Assembly: GCA_028534125.1 (NCBI GenBank)
Contig: CM052817.1
Coordinates: forward strand, 13,952,001 to 14,016,000
Length of the DNA stretch: 64,000 bases
From: Lama glama
Taxonomy: Eukaryota
Direction: 5' to 3'
Of this stretch, positions 24,140 through 36,069 are shown one piece after another; the first letter of the stretch is position 1; each line of letters begins with the position of its first letter. Made by a program: the position numbers and the translations under genes. Below the pieces are notes generated by a model. That model ran no database searches. It saw nothing but the letters and a program-made list of their open reading frames with translations, and was not told where the DNA came from.

Positions 24140-24398
24140 TAAGAACAGAGCACTGAAGTAAAAATAATCCAGGCTCAAATACCGGTTCCCATTTTCTCAG
24201 CTAGGGGGGCTCACTGATCTTGGGTCATTTACTTCTATTTTCTGCGTCTCAGTTTCTTCATCTGTGAACTGCAGGACTAATAATGCCCTCACAGTGCAGT
24301 GGTAAAGAAAACACGGGAAATGCGTGTAAAGAGCTCGGGTCCACTGTAGGGCGTTTTATTAAGAATATACTAAATAATTACACTGATTATTATTAGCT
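24140..24398 (+). mobile_element. MIR SINE
   Basis: GATCTTGGGTCATTTACTT...TCTCAGTTTCTTCATCTGTGAA. Confidence 0.7.
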
Positions 24399-24899
24399 TT
24401 TTCAATAGAGTGTCGGGGAGCAAACAAGGTATCTGATCTGCCAAGCCAGTCTCCTCCCAACCCCGAGGGAGGAGGGATCCCCCAAACAAACAAGCCAACA
24501 GTTAGCCTGGGTGTCTCATCTCTGGGGAACCAGTCTGATCCTTTGGCTTCCAGCTTCTGCTCAGGAAGATCTTAATCCCTGCGGAAAATTTTTGTGTACT
24601 TTTCACTTAAAGTACAGCTATGCCTTCTGCCCAAATTATCACTGTACAACTTATTTTTCTTCCTTCAAGACTTTGTTATAGATAAAAATTTTAAATTGAA
24701 TGCAGTTTGAAATAGTAACATTACCCAAAATTTACCACTTTCAAAGTTTTGCTAAAACTAGTATAGTCCTTTCCACACGGAAACATGTTACTTTTCCTTA
24801 ATGTAATGTTTCCCAACCACTGCCTTCAAAATAAGCCTGAGAATCTGGGGACAGTGTTATGCAAGTTCTTTCAGGATCTGTGTCCAGCTTCAACGCTAG

Positions 24900-25310
24900 A
24901 CCCTCCAAAGCATTTTTCCACCCCAGACAGCCTATCTGTAGTTCCTCAAACACAGCCTGGCCTTTCAGTATTCCGTGTCTTTTCATATACTTTTCCTTCT
25001 GGCCCTTTGTCCTTCCCCCACCTCATCCGGCTAGTCAGTTACCACCTATCCTTCAGAATTCATCTCAAGCACACATACCTCAGTAAAGTGTGTGCTGGAT
25101 GTCCCCATCCTCCAGGTTTTGCTCAGTTTCTGGCCCTTCCTCCATCTAGTTAAAGCATTCCCTACAGACCTGCACCATGAAGCTTATTCTGTGTTAGATT
25201 TGCCTGTTTGCCTGTCTACCTCCCCAGCTGGTTCACTCACGCCTGGAGAACAGGTGTGTGTTTTTATCTCCCCACAGGGCCAGGCACACAGTGGGATTCA
25301 GTAATCATTC
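24900..25310 (+). mobile_element. L2 LINE 3' fragment
   Basis: CTATCCTTCAGAATTCATCTCAAGCAC...CCTGTCTACCTCCCCAGCTGG...CAGGGCCAGGCACACAGTGGG. Confidence 0.6.
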
Positions 25311-27439
25311 CTCTTTGGCCCTGTAGTTCGTGCCCAACAGGAAGCTGTTGTAGGCAACATTAACGCTAAGAAATGCCAGAGGCACTGAATACGTGCATGG
25401 AACAGATTATTACACCCACAGCAGAAGAGGCTATTTTAAAAACAATTGTTTGTTTTATGTCTGAGGAAAGAGGGAATATCAAACAAAATTTCTTTACAAT
25501 CAAAGGAAGCTTACTTCCAAGATAGGAGAGCCCCCCCTTTTTTTAAGTAAGGAATTAAATTAGAAGAAGCATTTGCATTTTCACATTAGTCTTCTTGAAT
25601 ATGCATGGATGGCTGAATTCTGTCTGACACCTCCCAGAACTCGCTCAAGTAAGCTTCCCATTACTAAATAAATTGCATCCATTCTAATTAAAGATAGGCA
25701 AGAATACTGCCCAGACAGGAGATGTAAGGTGGTATGAAAAGCTAAAGCTTCCATGGTAACCCTGCCAGAGACAATGTAATTGATTTATATGGTCCCTTTT
25801 GCCACGTATTGATTCCACACCAGCAAGCCTCGAAAACTGTCCATCATCTCACGGAGCTATTTATAGACTAAGTCCAGCTGTGACAAGTAAATGGTGATGC
25901 GCATACAGAGACAATTACTAAAAAGAATAATAAAAATACTCCTGCTTTCTACCTTCCTTAGCCATTGATTATCAACCAGTTTAAATAACTATATAGTAAA
26001 TATAAGGGTAATTTACTGAAATAAAATAGAATATTTATATCAGATCTTTTTGTACAAAGGATATGCTTAGGAGAAAAAGGGAGAGAAAACTAAAAACTCT
26101 AGTCTGATGTTACAGGCACCACAACATTGGACAATATTGGTACCTCATTCTGCCTTATTGCTGGTTGTTAGCATTCGAGTTTATCAAGCAATTTATCAGA
26201 ATATTAAGCACACATAAAAGGAAGTGATAAACCAATGCCATATGGAGATAAAGATTCAGAAACTGAGACAAAACATCAGTAGCACAATCGTTTTTCATGA
26301 CCCTTAAAGCATATTACAACTCTTCCAGTTGGGATACTGGTGAGAGAGAGAAGTGAGTTGTGCATCGTCCATTAATTTCTGAAAACCAGACTTCTAAATG
26401 ATAGCGCTTCACCTTCCTACATTCAGTTTGACCACTGAACTTCCAGCAGCACCCAAGGCTGATCGATCGGTGTTTCACTGAGAGCTGGCTGTTTGCATGC
26501 GGCGGTAGGGGTGGCGGGTGCGCGCGTAGTGTTTGCTATTCAGGCAGGGAACCACTTGCATCAATATCCTGGTTTAACCAGTTTGTTCAAACATTTACTT
26601 CACTCCAAGTTCACATACTTTAAACTTTCTCCTGAATAGCCATCTGGATTACACTTAATAGCCTACAGATTTAGTAGTCAGTTTCCGAGATGACTGACAA
26701 ATTATCACATAATTCTTCTTGCTTAAACTTGGTGAACACTCAGATTGAGCTCTTTTAGCTCCATTTTGTTTTCTGAAAATCTTAAGATTTCAAACTTTCA
26801 TATATCTTTTTCCTTGGTTAACTAAAAGTTACTGGTACCTACTTTTAATGTCTTTTTTTTCCAGTATCTCTCAGTAACTACAGCTATAATAAATTCCTTT
26901 TAGAAATGCTCCAGTAGATGCTTTTTAAAAGAGAAGATGCCACCCAAAATTTTCTCACAGTGGCAGTGATGGAAATCAGCTCTTCTTAGGGGTGGGATGT
27001 GGGGAGGCGGGCCTCATCAGTTGGATCTAAATTCTATAAACTGAAAGTCAAGGCTCTTCCCAAAAGCTGGCCTGACTTTCCTCTTGCCTTTGTTCTGACA
27101 GCATTACTCTCTTGCGTTTTCTCCTGTTGAAATATTACCAAATATTTATGAACGACCTGAAACTTTTTGCCCTTTTTCCTCCCAATCATGTTTGATCAGG
27201 TCCCATCTGCAAATCTCAAAGCATTTTAAAAACAGTTTCCAGATTCCCTTAAGATGAATTGCCATGTATTTACAGACCCTTAAGTGATTATAAGGATTTG
27301 CCTTATTTATTACCATACTCTTCTTAAATTTGTTTAAATTAAAATGCAGAAGAGAAATGTGGCAAGCTACTTATAAACACACTACACAGCTGTCCGCATA
27401 TTTAACATTTTTTTCAAAATATAAAACATAAAATATAGT

Positions 27440-28200
27440 TGAAATCACTTTTTTCCTCCTCTCCAGTCTAATTTCTTCCTCCTTACTACCCTGCCCATAG
27501 GTAAGAACACCAATGAATTTATTATGTGTCCTTATAATCCATTTTTAAACTGTATAAATACCAATGTCTATATAGCACTGTGAGGTTTTTTTCATTCATA
27601 TAAATTCTGCCCTAGAAATGTATATATTATTTTCAGTGTTCAACATTATTTTTGAGAGTTCTAGAATGCTTAGATTACCAACTAGTTTACTCTTTCAACT
27701 GCTGAATAGTACCTCATCATATGAATTTCCCACAATTTGCATACCACTGGCTCTATCTTCAAAATATACCCAGAATCCGTCTATTTCTTGCCATTTCTAA
27801 TGCTGTCATCACCCTGGACCGAAGCACCATCATGTCTCATCTGGATTACCAGCCTTCCAGCTGGTCAAAATGTGTCCTCCCTGGACACTCCGCAAGTGTA
27901 TTCTCAATACAGCAGTCAGAGGGATCCTTTTAAAACGTAAGTCATATCATGTCACTAACCTATTCAAAGTCCTCAAGTAACCTTGCCTCTCACTCAATAT
28001 TTCAAACAGCATTGCGCTGAGTCTCCTTTTACTTCTAGGTGGGAGAATTTCACCAGAGTAAACTCCAATGGATGAAATTGTTCCTTAAACACTGAATCAC
28101 ACATTTTTCAATATTCCTACATTCTTCCATACTACTTTCACAGGTGTTGATACCACAACAGCAGTGTATAAACCATTTTCATGCTATTATACTACCCTGC
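27440..28200 (-). mobile_element. Old L1 (L1ME-like) 3' fragment split by a sense L2 piece at about 27748-27995
   Basis: TCAACATTATTTTTGAGAGTTCT...AACTGCTGAATAGTA (L1M); CTCTATCTTCAAAATATACCCAGAATCC...CAGAGGGATCCTTTTAAAACGTAAGTCATATCATGTCACT (L2); L1M-like CAACAGCAGTGTATA resumes. Confidence 0.55.
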
Positions 28201-28239
28201 CATATGGCTTTGTAGATAATAGATGGAAAATAATTATTT

Positions 28240-28770
28240 ATTTAACTCCTTCATCCTTCAAGGGACAGTTCTTCAACACCCACCCATGTCAACTCTTCTT
28301 ATGTATCCCACTCAGAAAGATTCATGCTTGGCCTTTCTCTGTGGAAATTCTGTAAATACTCTAACTATTGCACTTGCATTTCATGTTGTAATATGTATTT
28401 CTGCTTCCTCCTCTCACTACCCACCTATAGACCTACTTGACCTCAGGGACTGGGTCTTCACTGAATTCTAGTATATAAGAAGAAAAAAAGAAAATTTTCT
28501 AATTGTGGATCACCTACGACCAAGCACAGGGCAATTACACATACAACCTTTTCATTTTCACAGTTGTTACTGGTTGTATTGTTATTATTCCCATTTCACA
28601 GATCAGAAAATAGAGGACCATAATTTTCTCACTGTTTTGGAACTAGGAAAGGCAGAGCCTGTGTTGTAAAATTTCTAGACTCTAGAACCTAAGCTCATCC
28701 TACCATACCATGTGCTTCTTATATCTCTGTCTGGTGTACGAGAGGTGCCTCGTATACAGCTGAATAACTG
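28240..28770. mobile_element. Sense L2 3' fragment with an antisense MIR (about 28500-28720)
   Basis: TCATCCTTCAAGG...CAGGGACTGGGTCTT; ATTATTCCCATTTCACAGATCAGAAAATAGAGG. Confidence 0.55.
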
Positions 28771-28949
28771 CCTTAGATGATACTTTAGAAATATTGCTGG
28801 ATTCTATTCTGTTTAGCCAGTATCAAATTTCATTAATGTTTTATTTACTCTGATCAGATTCTTAAGCACAGGTGGCCTCAGCAACTGGAAAAAAATACAG
28901 CTCATCTGTCCTTCACTCTTAGGGGGTGGGGGCGGGTGCGGGTGTTGAG

Positions 28950-28950
<1 letters not shown>

Positions 28951-29008
<58 letters not shown>
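28951..29008 (+). repeat. Compound microsatellite (TG)10(AG)19
   Basis: Read directly. Confidence 0.95.
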
Positions 29009-29013
<5 letters not shown>

Positions 29014-30409
29014 TTTATTGAGGGATTCTATACATTCCTTCCATTTCTAAGATAAAGTATGGATCACTTTTTGAGGAATTTTTGATGATTACTGATGGAC
29101 TGGTTTCCAAGAATCTCTCATTAAAATGCTAAGAAAGATGGAGTATCTTAACTTACTCCAAGCAAGTTGCTGCAGGTGAAGAAAGTCAGACATTTTCAAC
29201 TTTAATCAACAACCATGTTTTAGGTATAGATTACATACAGTTTACCATACTGGATAGAACTCTTTCATTCAGACCTAATCTCTAAAGCCCACTGTTCTCC
29301 ATGGTGCAGTATATTTCCCCACCACCCACATGTATACCATAGTTTCATCAGTGTCACTGATACACAGATACATTGAGTTGAGGAACAGCCCGCTGAGTAT
29401 TACAACGCCGAAGCAGGCATTTGGTAAGCCTGGCAAAAGGTGCCTGTTCTAAGCTCAGCCCTGTTAAGTGTTGGATGCAAACTCAAGTACGTTTACATTT
29501 AGCGTTTTAAGTCCATAGGGCCCAAGCCCTTGTTTACTGGTGGTGAAATGCAACTGTGGGTGAGATCTGCAGTGTCAGTGTCCACAGATTTGGCAATGAG
29601 TTTAAGAAAACAACTAAGAGGTGTTCTGAACCTTCATTAATAACTAAATGTCAGCTTGAGGGAAGGTACAAGATGTCATTTCTTTCAGCTTTCCCACTGC
29701 CTTTATTGAAAACTCAGGTTTAAATAATAATTCTCTACTTTTTCACCATCACCCAATTAAGCCTGAAGCTTTTATTTTACTTTTTCAAAACCTCTATGTC
29801 TATTCAGGAGGAAAGACACATGAAATGCTGTTTCCACAGCACTGCAGGCAGACAGTAGATTTGTAATGATTAGCAGTGGCACATGCTATTTTGGGGCTAG
29901 ATTTGTCATTCACATGCATCTACACTGCAAGTAGGATTTCTACTTAGCTTCTAAAAGTACTTGGCATTTTCGAGTAATTCATGTGCATAGAAAATCAATT
30001 TATTGTTAGTCTCACTAAAACTTTTTAGGGGTTATGTTCAGTTTTGCCACTGAAATTACTGAGACTAAGCATTTTAATTTCATTCATCTTATGTCCCACC
30101 CCTGCTTCCACAAGATAAAGACAAAGAGGTAAAACATAAACTTTGGGGAAAATCGTGTGTCGTATGTAATAGGACTTTCCCACTGAGTTGATGATTGTGC
30201 AGGTACGTTAAAATTTTGAATTTACTATGGTTGATTTATTCTTAGTTTTAAAATTTTAGTTTCCGGTTTCATATTCCTCCCCGCCCCCTCAGTTATCTAT
30301 TTATAACCATGTCAGAGGGTGCAATGGAATTGGGAGATTGGGGTTTCGATCTTCTTACCACTTTGGAACTACTTAGTGAGTAAATTAATGTTTCCATGAC
30401 TACCAGCTT

Positions 30410-30985
30410 CATTTTCTGTCAACAGCTATTCACTGAGCACCAACTAAGTGTTGAAATAGACAGATCTGGAGATGCAGTAGTGAACAGAAAGGACCCAGTA
30501 ACTCCCGTGTGGTGCTGATCGTCTGCCGTGGAGGTATACATCAGTCACACAGGCATATTTAAGCTAATAACTGAAAGTATCAAACCGTTGTAAAGGATTC
30601 AGGAGAACTAACAGGAGCTAAGCAACCCAGACCTAATGGAACATAGCTACCAGTTTGAGCGAAGGGGAGATGTCTCAAAAAGTTGTCCTAAGACACTGTT
30701 GTGCAACCTTAGATAAGGTATGAATGGGCAGATTTCCTGACAGTTATAACAGCACATACTAAAGTCTGAAACACTTAGAATGATCAAGGGACAGGAAAGA
30801 GGATGGTAGGCCAAGAGCCCAGTGAGGTAAATGAGAGTATTCAGGGGTTCACAGACTACAGAGTGAGATTTATAGCTTTCACTCTAAGATCGATGAGAAA
30901 CATAGATGACTTTTAAGCAAGGCAGTGATCCGACCAGGTTTATGTTAAAAAGAGATCACCTAACTGAAAATTGAGGATAAGTATA
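30410..30985 (-). mobile_element. L2 LINE fragment
   Basis: AACAGCTATTCACTGAGCACC...CTGGAGATGCAGTAGTGAACAGA...TTTTAAGCAAGGCAGTGAT...AGATCACC. Confidence 0.65.
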
Positions 30986-31499
30986 GCTCGTATTGACCAC
31001 TTTGAAGGATCAGTATAATGACCAAAGAGGGCAATATTAAAAAGTTCAAATAAATTCAAAGTAAAAATTAAAATTATGAAGACTCTAGTAGAGTTAATGA
31101 AACCATTCTTGGGGTATAACTTTAACTATGAGAGTATATAGTTCCATCCATTATTCAGAACATAGAACAATGCTCAAACTTTAGAACCCTGCTCTAAAAA
31201 TGGAGCACAAATGGAAATTTCAAGATTTACTAACATCTTCACCTGTAGTAATCTCTGAATCTTGGTAATAAAGAAGCTTACTGATATTTAATGTTTTATT
31301 TATTGAAAAGCAAGCTGAACCCAGGGCTAAAATCCTGGATCAACTAGGAATCAAAATACCTGGAGTTGTAATGAGATCTCACCCTATACCCTATGGTATA
31401 ATTATTACTAAGATGATAATTATAAAACAAGATAAAATTAGTCAACGCATATTTATTGAACACCTACAATCTTCCAAATACTGGGTATACAAAAGTGAC

Positions 31500-31913
31500 T
31501 ATATTGGGCTGAACTGTGTCTCCTCAAAATTCACATATTGAAATCCTAACTCCCAGTACCTCAGAATGTGACTGAATTTGGAGACAGGTACGGCCTTTAA
31601 AGAGGAAAATAAGGTAAAAGGAGGTCACATAGGTGGGCTCTAATCCAATGACAGATGTCCTTACATGAAGAGGAAATTTGGACACCTGAATAAAGAGACC
31701 ACAGAAGTGTGTCTGACAAGAGAATAACCATGTGAGGACACAGTAGGAAGGCTGCCATCTGCAAGCTAAGGAGAGAGGCCTCAGAAGAAATCAACCCTGC
31801 TGACAAACTGATCTTAGACTCCCAGCCTCAAGAACTGGGATGAAACAAATTTCTGTTGTTCAGACTACCCCGTCTGTGGTACCTTGTTACAGCAGCCTGA
31901 GCAAACTAATACA
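31500..31913 (+). mobile_element. MLT1B-like MaLR solo LTR inserted into an antisense L2 (about 31435-32200)
   Basis: Full LTR ending GCAAACTAATACA; perfect 5-bp TSD GTGAC at 31495-31499 and 31914-31918. Confidence 0.9.
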
Positions 31914-32339
31914 GTGACCGAGTTGTAAATCTTTCTTCAAGCAGTTTATAGTCTAATGGGAAACACAGATAAGCAAAGACAGAAAGAGAGAAAAAAAGTT
32001 CCATGATAAGGGAGATGTAAGTTGCTATGCAGTAACTCATCTTAATTTGGGGGTCAGGGAAGGCTCCCTGGAGAAACTGTTATCTAGGTTGGAGGCTACA
32101 TAGAAGCAACAAGGCAAAGAAGAGGGTGGAGGAGCACTTGAGAAAAAGAATGTGTGCAAAAGCCCAGAGGACAGTGTGACAAGGGGAAGAACTTGAACAC
32201 CTGGCACAGACAAGCCCCTCGATGCATATTTGATGATTCTTTTATAGGCTTATCTATTATACTATGTTTAAAACATCTCAGATTTCATCTGCATTGATGT
32301 AAATTCCTACAGATTGTTTTCCATGATTTCATTCTTGCT

Positions 32340-32985
32340 CTTTATTACCCTGTCTCACTCCAAGAGCCAGAAGAGTCCTCAAAAACCTAAATTAGATAAT
32401 GTCATTGCCTTTCTCAAAGGGCCTTGGAGACTTCTCACACTACTTACAAATAAGAATATAAATAAATAAAAATAAACAACTTCTACCTGCAAAGCTCCAT
32501 GTGACCTATCACATGCCTACCTCTCATACCTCCTTTAATTCCACTCTCCATTCCCTTACCTCACCCATCCCAGGGCATGCTGGCTTATTGCTGCTCCACA
32601 AGAGCTTACGAAGTTCACTCCTGCCTCAGGGACTTTGCACTTGTTCTCTCCAGAATACTGTTTCATCGAGTTTTTGCCTGTCTATCTCCTTCTTATCTTT
32701 CAGGTCTCACCGGAAGCCTCACTACCTCAGAAAAGACATCTCTAACTTATTTATCTAACTGTACCTCCCTCCTACTCTTCTATATATATTATATGACCAT
32801 AGTTTATTTTTTTCATAGAACTTATATTAAACCATACTCCTTAGTTCAGGGCTTCCTCTGACTCACCCACACTATAATTTAAGCTCCATGGGAATAGGAG
32901 ACTCATCTGTTTTTCCCCTCCTTTCCTCAGCTTTGTTACTGGCACACTGTAACTATCAAATAAATATCTGTTGAAGGAATCATGT
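32340..32985 (+). mobile_element. L2 LINE 3' fragment
   Basis: CCTGCCTCAGGGACTTTGCACTTGTTC...AAGCTCCATGGGAATAGGAGAC...AATAAATATCTGTTGAAGGAAT. Confidence 0.8.
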
Positions 32986-33749
32986 TAAATTATTCAAGTT
33001 GACTCTGATTATAAATTCACATCATCTATCTTTAACATGAAACAGTGAACAATGGGATGATTTTGAACCATACCTAGCACATAGAGACACATTTAATTCC
33101 AGGGCACAAGCAGATAGATGTTGCAGTAAAATGCCACCCCAGATTGACATGTAATAACATATGGTGTGTTGTTAAGTCTATGCCTATTAGAATGCACTGA
33201 CCACTTCTTGTGTACTCACAAATCACAGTGATCAAAAAGAGACAGGAATTGATCCAAAGGATTTGCCAACTGGCATTGTCATTTGACTCTGAGAAAGACA
33301 CAATGATATAAAGTATTCTGTGAATTATAGATGACAATAACTGGCCATGTCACTATCATAGAAATAGTTTGGGAGGTAATGGCATTTTTGTTTTAAGTTG
33401 CTGAGCTCTCTGGGTAGAAGGTTGGAAGGGGAGATAAAACAAATTGCAGCCAAATATCATTAACTCTCTATGTTTGTAACATAATTTACACTGATTAACT
33501 GAGTTATTCCTGGCACTGGGAGGGCTGCTTTGGCTCCTTCCTGAAGATAATCTTCCTCCATTTATTTTCAACACCATAATAAAGCAGACCTGGGACTTCA
33601 TTGATACAGATCCTCAAGTTTTAAAGACAGTAGTGGGAACAACTGGATAGAGGTGGAATAGGAGTTAAGTAGAGAGGGTTCCACGTAAGTGTCTGCAGCT
33701 CCTTGAAGGATACTGAGTCTAGCAGGAAATGAGAGCATCAGAATGAAAA

Positions 33750-33990
33750 GCATATAGTTCAGTGGTTAGAAGTATGGGCTCCTGTACCAGATGCTTGTAT
33801 TTGAATTTCCACTTCCAAATTGGGGGTGATCTCAAGCTACTGATCCCTTTGAGACTAAGTTTCTTCTTCTCCATCAGGGACCAATGCTAGAAATTTACAG
33901 AATGGTTGTGAAGATTAAAAGGATTCAGATATTTAAAGCATAATAGATAGATTTTGACCTCCAAGTAAATGCTCGGTAAGTGTTATTTTT
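33750..33990 (+). mobile_element. MIR SINE
   Basis: CAGTGGTTAGAAGTATGGGCT...GGTTGTGAAGATTAAA...AGTAAATGCTCGGTAAGTGTTA. Confidence 0.7.
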
Positions 33991-34015
33991 CATCACCATC
34001 ATCACCATCACCATC

Positions 34016-34047
<32 letters not shown>

Positions 34048-34050
34048 CAC
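33991..34050 (+). repeat. (CAT/CAC)20 trinucleotide repeat at the MIR tail
   Basis: Twenty consecutive CAY triplets. Confidence 0.95.
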
Positions 34051-35957
34051 CTTCAAGTACTATTGACACTGTGCGGCTTAGAGAGGGCTCTTAGTTGGTC
34101 AAGTGCTAGAAGAAGCCAACCAGAACTGTTGCAAACCAGATGTCACATTCCATTATATGTGGAATGTCAGATTTAAAAATCTACTGGAAAAGTGACTTGA
34201 TTCCACATACCACCAAACAATCATGTCTATTTCTTTATCATCTCACTGGACATATCAAAGCTGGCTCAAATAAGGGACTGAGTAGCTACACCTTAGGGAG
34301 AACTGGAACAAACCATACCTTGGGATCTTGATGACCTAACACTCATCAACCAGGGAAAGAATATTACTCTACTCTCTTTCTAAGACTATATGTTAATCTA
34401 TAATGGATGGTATAAATTCTGGGAAGTGACTTTTTAATAGTAGATACTCTAGAAACCATAAAGAAGCTATTACTTTTCAGAATCTGGTGGTTTGTATGTA
34501 ATTGAATTTTTCATTATGTTCCTGTATCCTTGTTCTTTCTTGAAGCAGAATCAACTCTGCTCTTAGACATTAATGGGAAACTGAACTACTAAGGAGACAA
34601 TGAATTTCCCCCAATAATAGACATGAAGCTCCTCAAAGAGTGCATGAAAGAGAGGATCTCTGTTGGACTGTGTTTGCTGTGAGTCACCTTGCCTCTACAT
34701 TGACCAACACTTAGGGCTACAAATTGACTGCTGTTTATACTCCAAGCAGACATGGTAATGATTTATGAGAAGTACTCTCCATATTCTCTATACTACCTGT
34801 TGGCAAACCACCCAATGTCCTCCAGGTGAGTTACACCTTGACATAGAAACTCATTCATTTACTCCTTAATTTATAAAATACTTGTAAGCATCACTATTAG
34901 CTACACACTGTGAGGCAATGCCAAGGCTTCAGGGAATAGAAATATCTGTCCCTACCTTAGTGAATCCGACTTCTTTAATAGCCTCAACATACACAGAGCA
35001 CTGAGTCCCATGTACTTCGTATTTCATCCCTCAGGTGAGGAAGGAAAGATCATCACTTCCTGAGTGCTTACTGTGCCAGGCACCATGCTAGGCACTACAG
35101 ATCTACAGAGGGACAGCTTACCTTCTGACAGGTACATCTAGGCAACTAGCTCACCACTGCTGCTGTCTATCCGGTCTCATTATTTTCAGAGAAAGAATTT
35201 CCACAAACTTTAAGAGAAACAGAATATTCAGAAAGCTCATTTCCTAAACACTACCCCTCTCCTGCACAGCCTAAACTTTGAATTCTCTTTTTAGAGGACA
35301 ACCCCAAAAAGAACTAACTTCCTTTTGGTATGAGATGTAGGAACTGCATTTTGGAGACAAGAGCCTGAAGATAGATTAATTTCACACCAAGACTCAGACT
35401 ATGTTATCTTTAAATAGAGCAGGCAAGAGAGGAAGGGACGGAGTATCAATTGATGCCACCGCTTTTACAAGTCCTTTATGGACAGCTCAGTAGGAACTAA
35501 ATAATTGGTAATAGCTATTGTGTTTTTCTGTATCACTAAACCAGAAATGAGTGTTCATGGAAATGTCACTCTATATCCTAGAGAAAAATAAGGAACAATG
35601 ATCAGTTTGACATTTTAAACAGAAGACGTGTTTTTCTTTGGTTCAGTATAAAAGTTTCCATGCAACGTGTAATTATAGGTCACACCAGATTTCAGGTGTG
35701 CTTAATTACTGTATCAACTCTTTTGTTGATGTATCCTAAAATACACTTGGTTACTATTCTGAGAATGTCTTTAGTCTCTCTTCATGAAGCCTGGTGCTCA
35801 ATCAACAAATGATATGCCATCAAAAATAACTTGTAAAAGGGAGTAAGAATTAGAAATTGCATATTGTTTTTTTTTTCATTTTTGAAAAAAAAAAAAAAGA
35901 ACAATACACACTGTTAAATTCCTTGTTGAGAAGGTGAGTCAATATAAGTCTTCTCTC

Positions 35958-36069
35958 CAGGCTGACCAGCCACTTAGGTTTGCCTGGGACTAAGGTGATT
36001 TTGGGGACATGGATTTTCGGTGCTAAAATGGGAAAGTCCCCAGGAAACCAGGATGAGTTGGTCACCTTA
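35958..36069 (+). mobile_element. MER81-like hAT-Blackjack MITE
   Basis: Terminal inverted repeats CAGGCTGACCA...TGGTCACCTTA; internal TTTCGGTGCTAAAATGGGAAAGTCCC; flanking 8-mers CTTCTCTC/CCTCTCTT (6/8). Confidence 0.8.

Noticed and set aside
33991..34050. Poly-His (20 codons) coding tract
   Set aside because: No ATG between the upstream in-frame stop and the tract, and no acceptor; it is an expanded MIR tail microsatellite.
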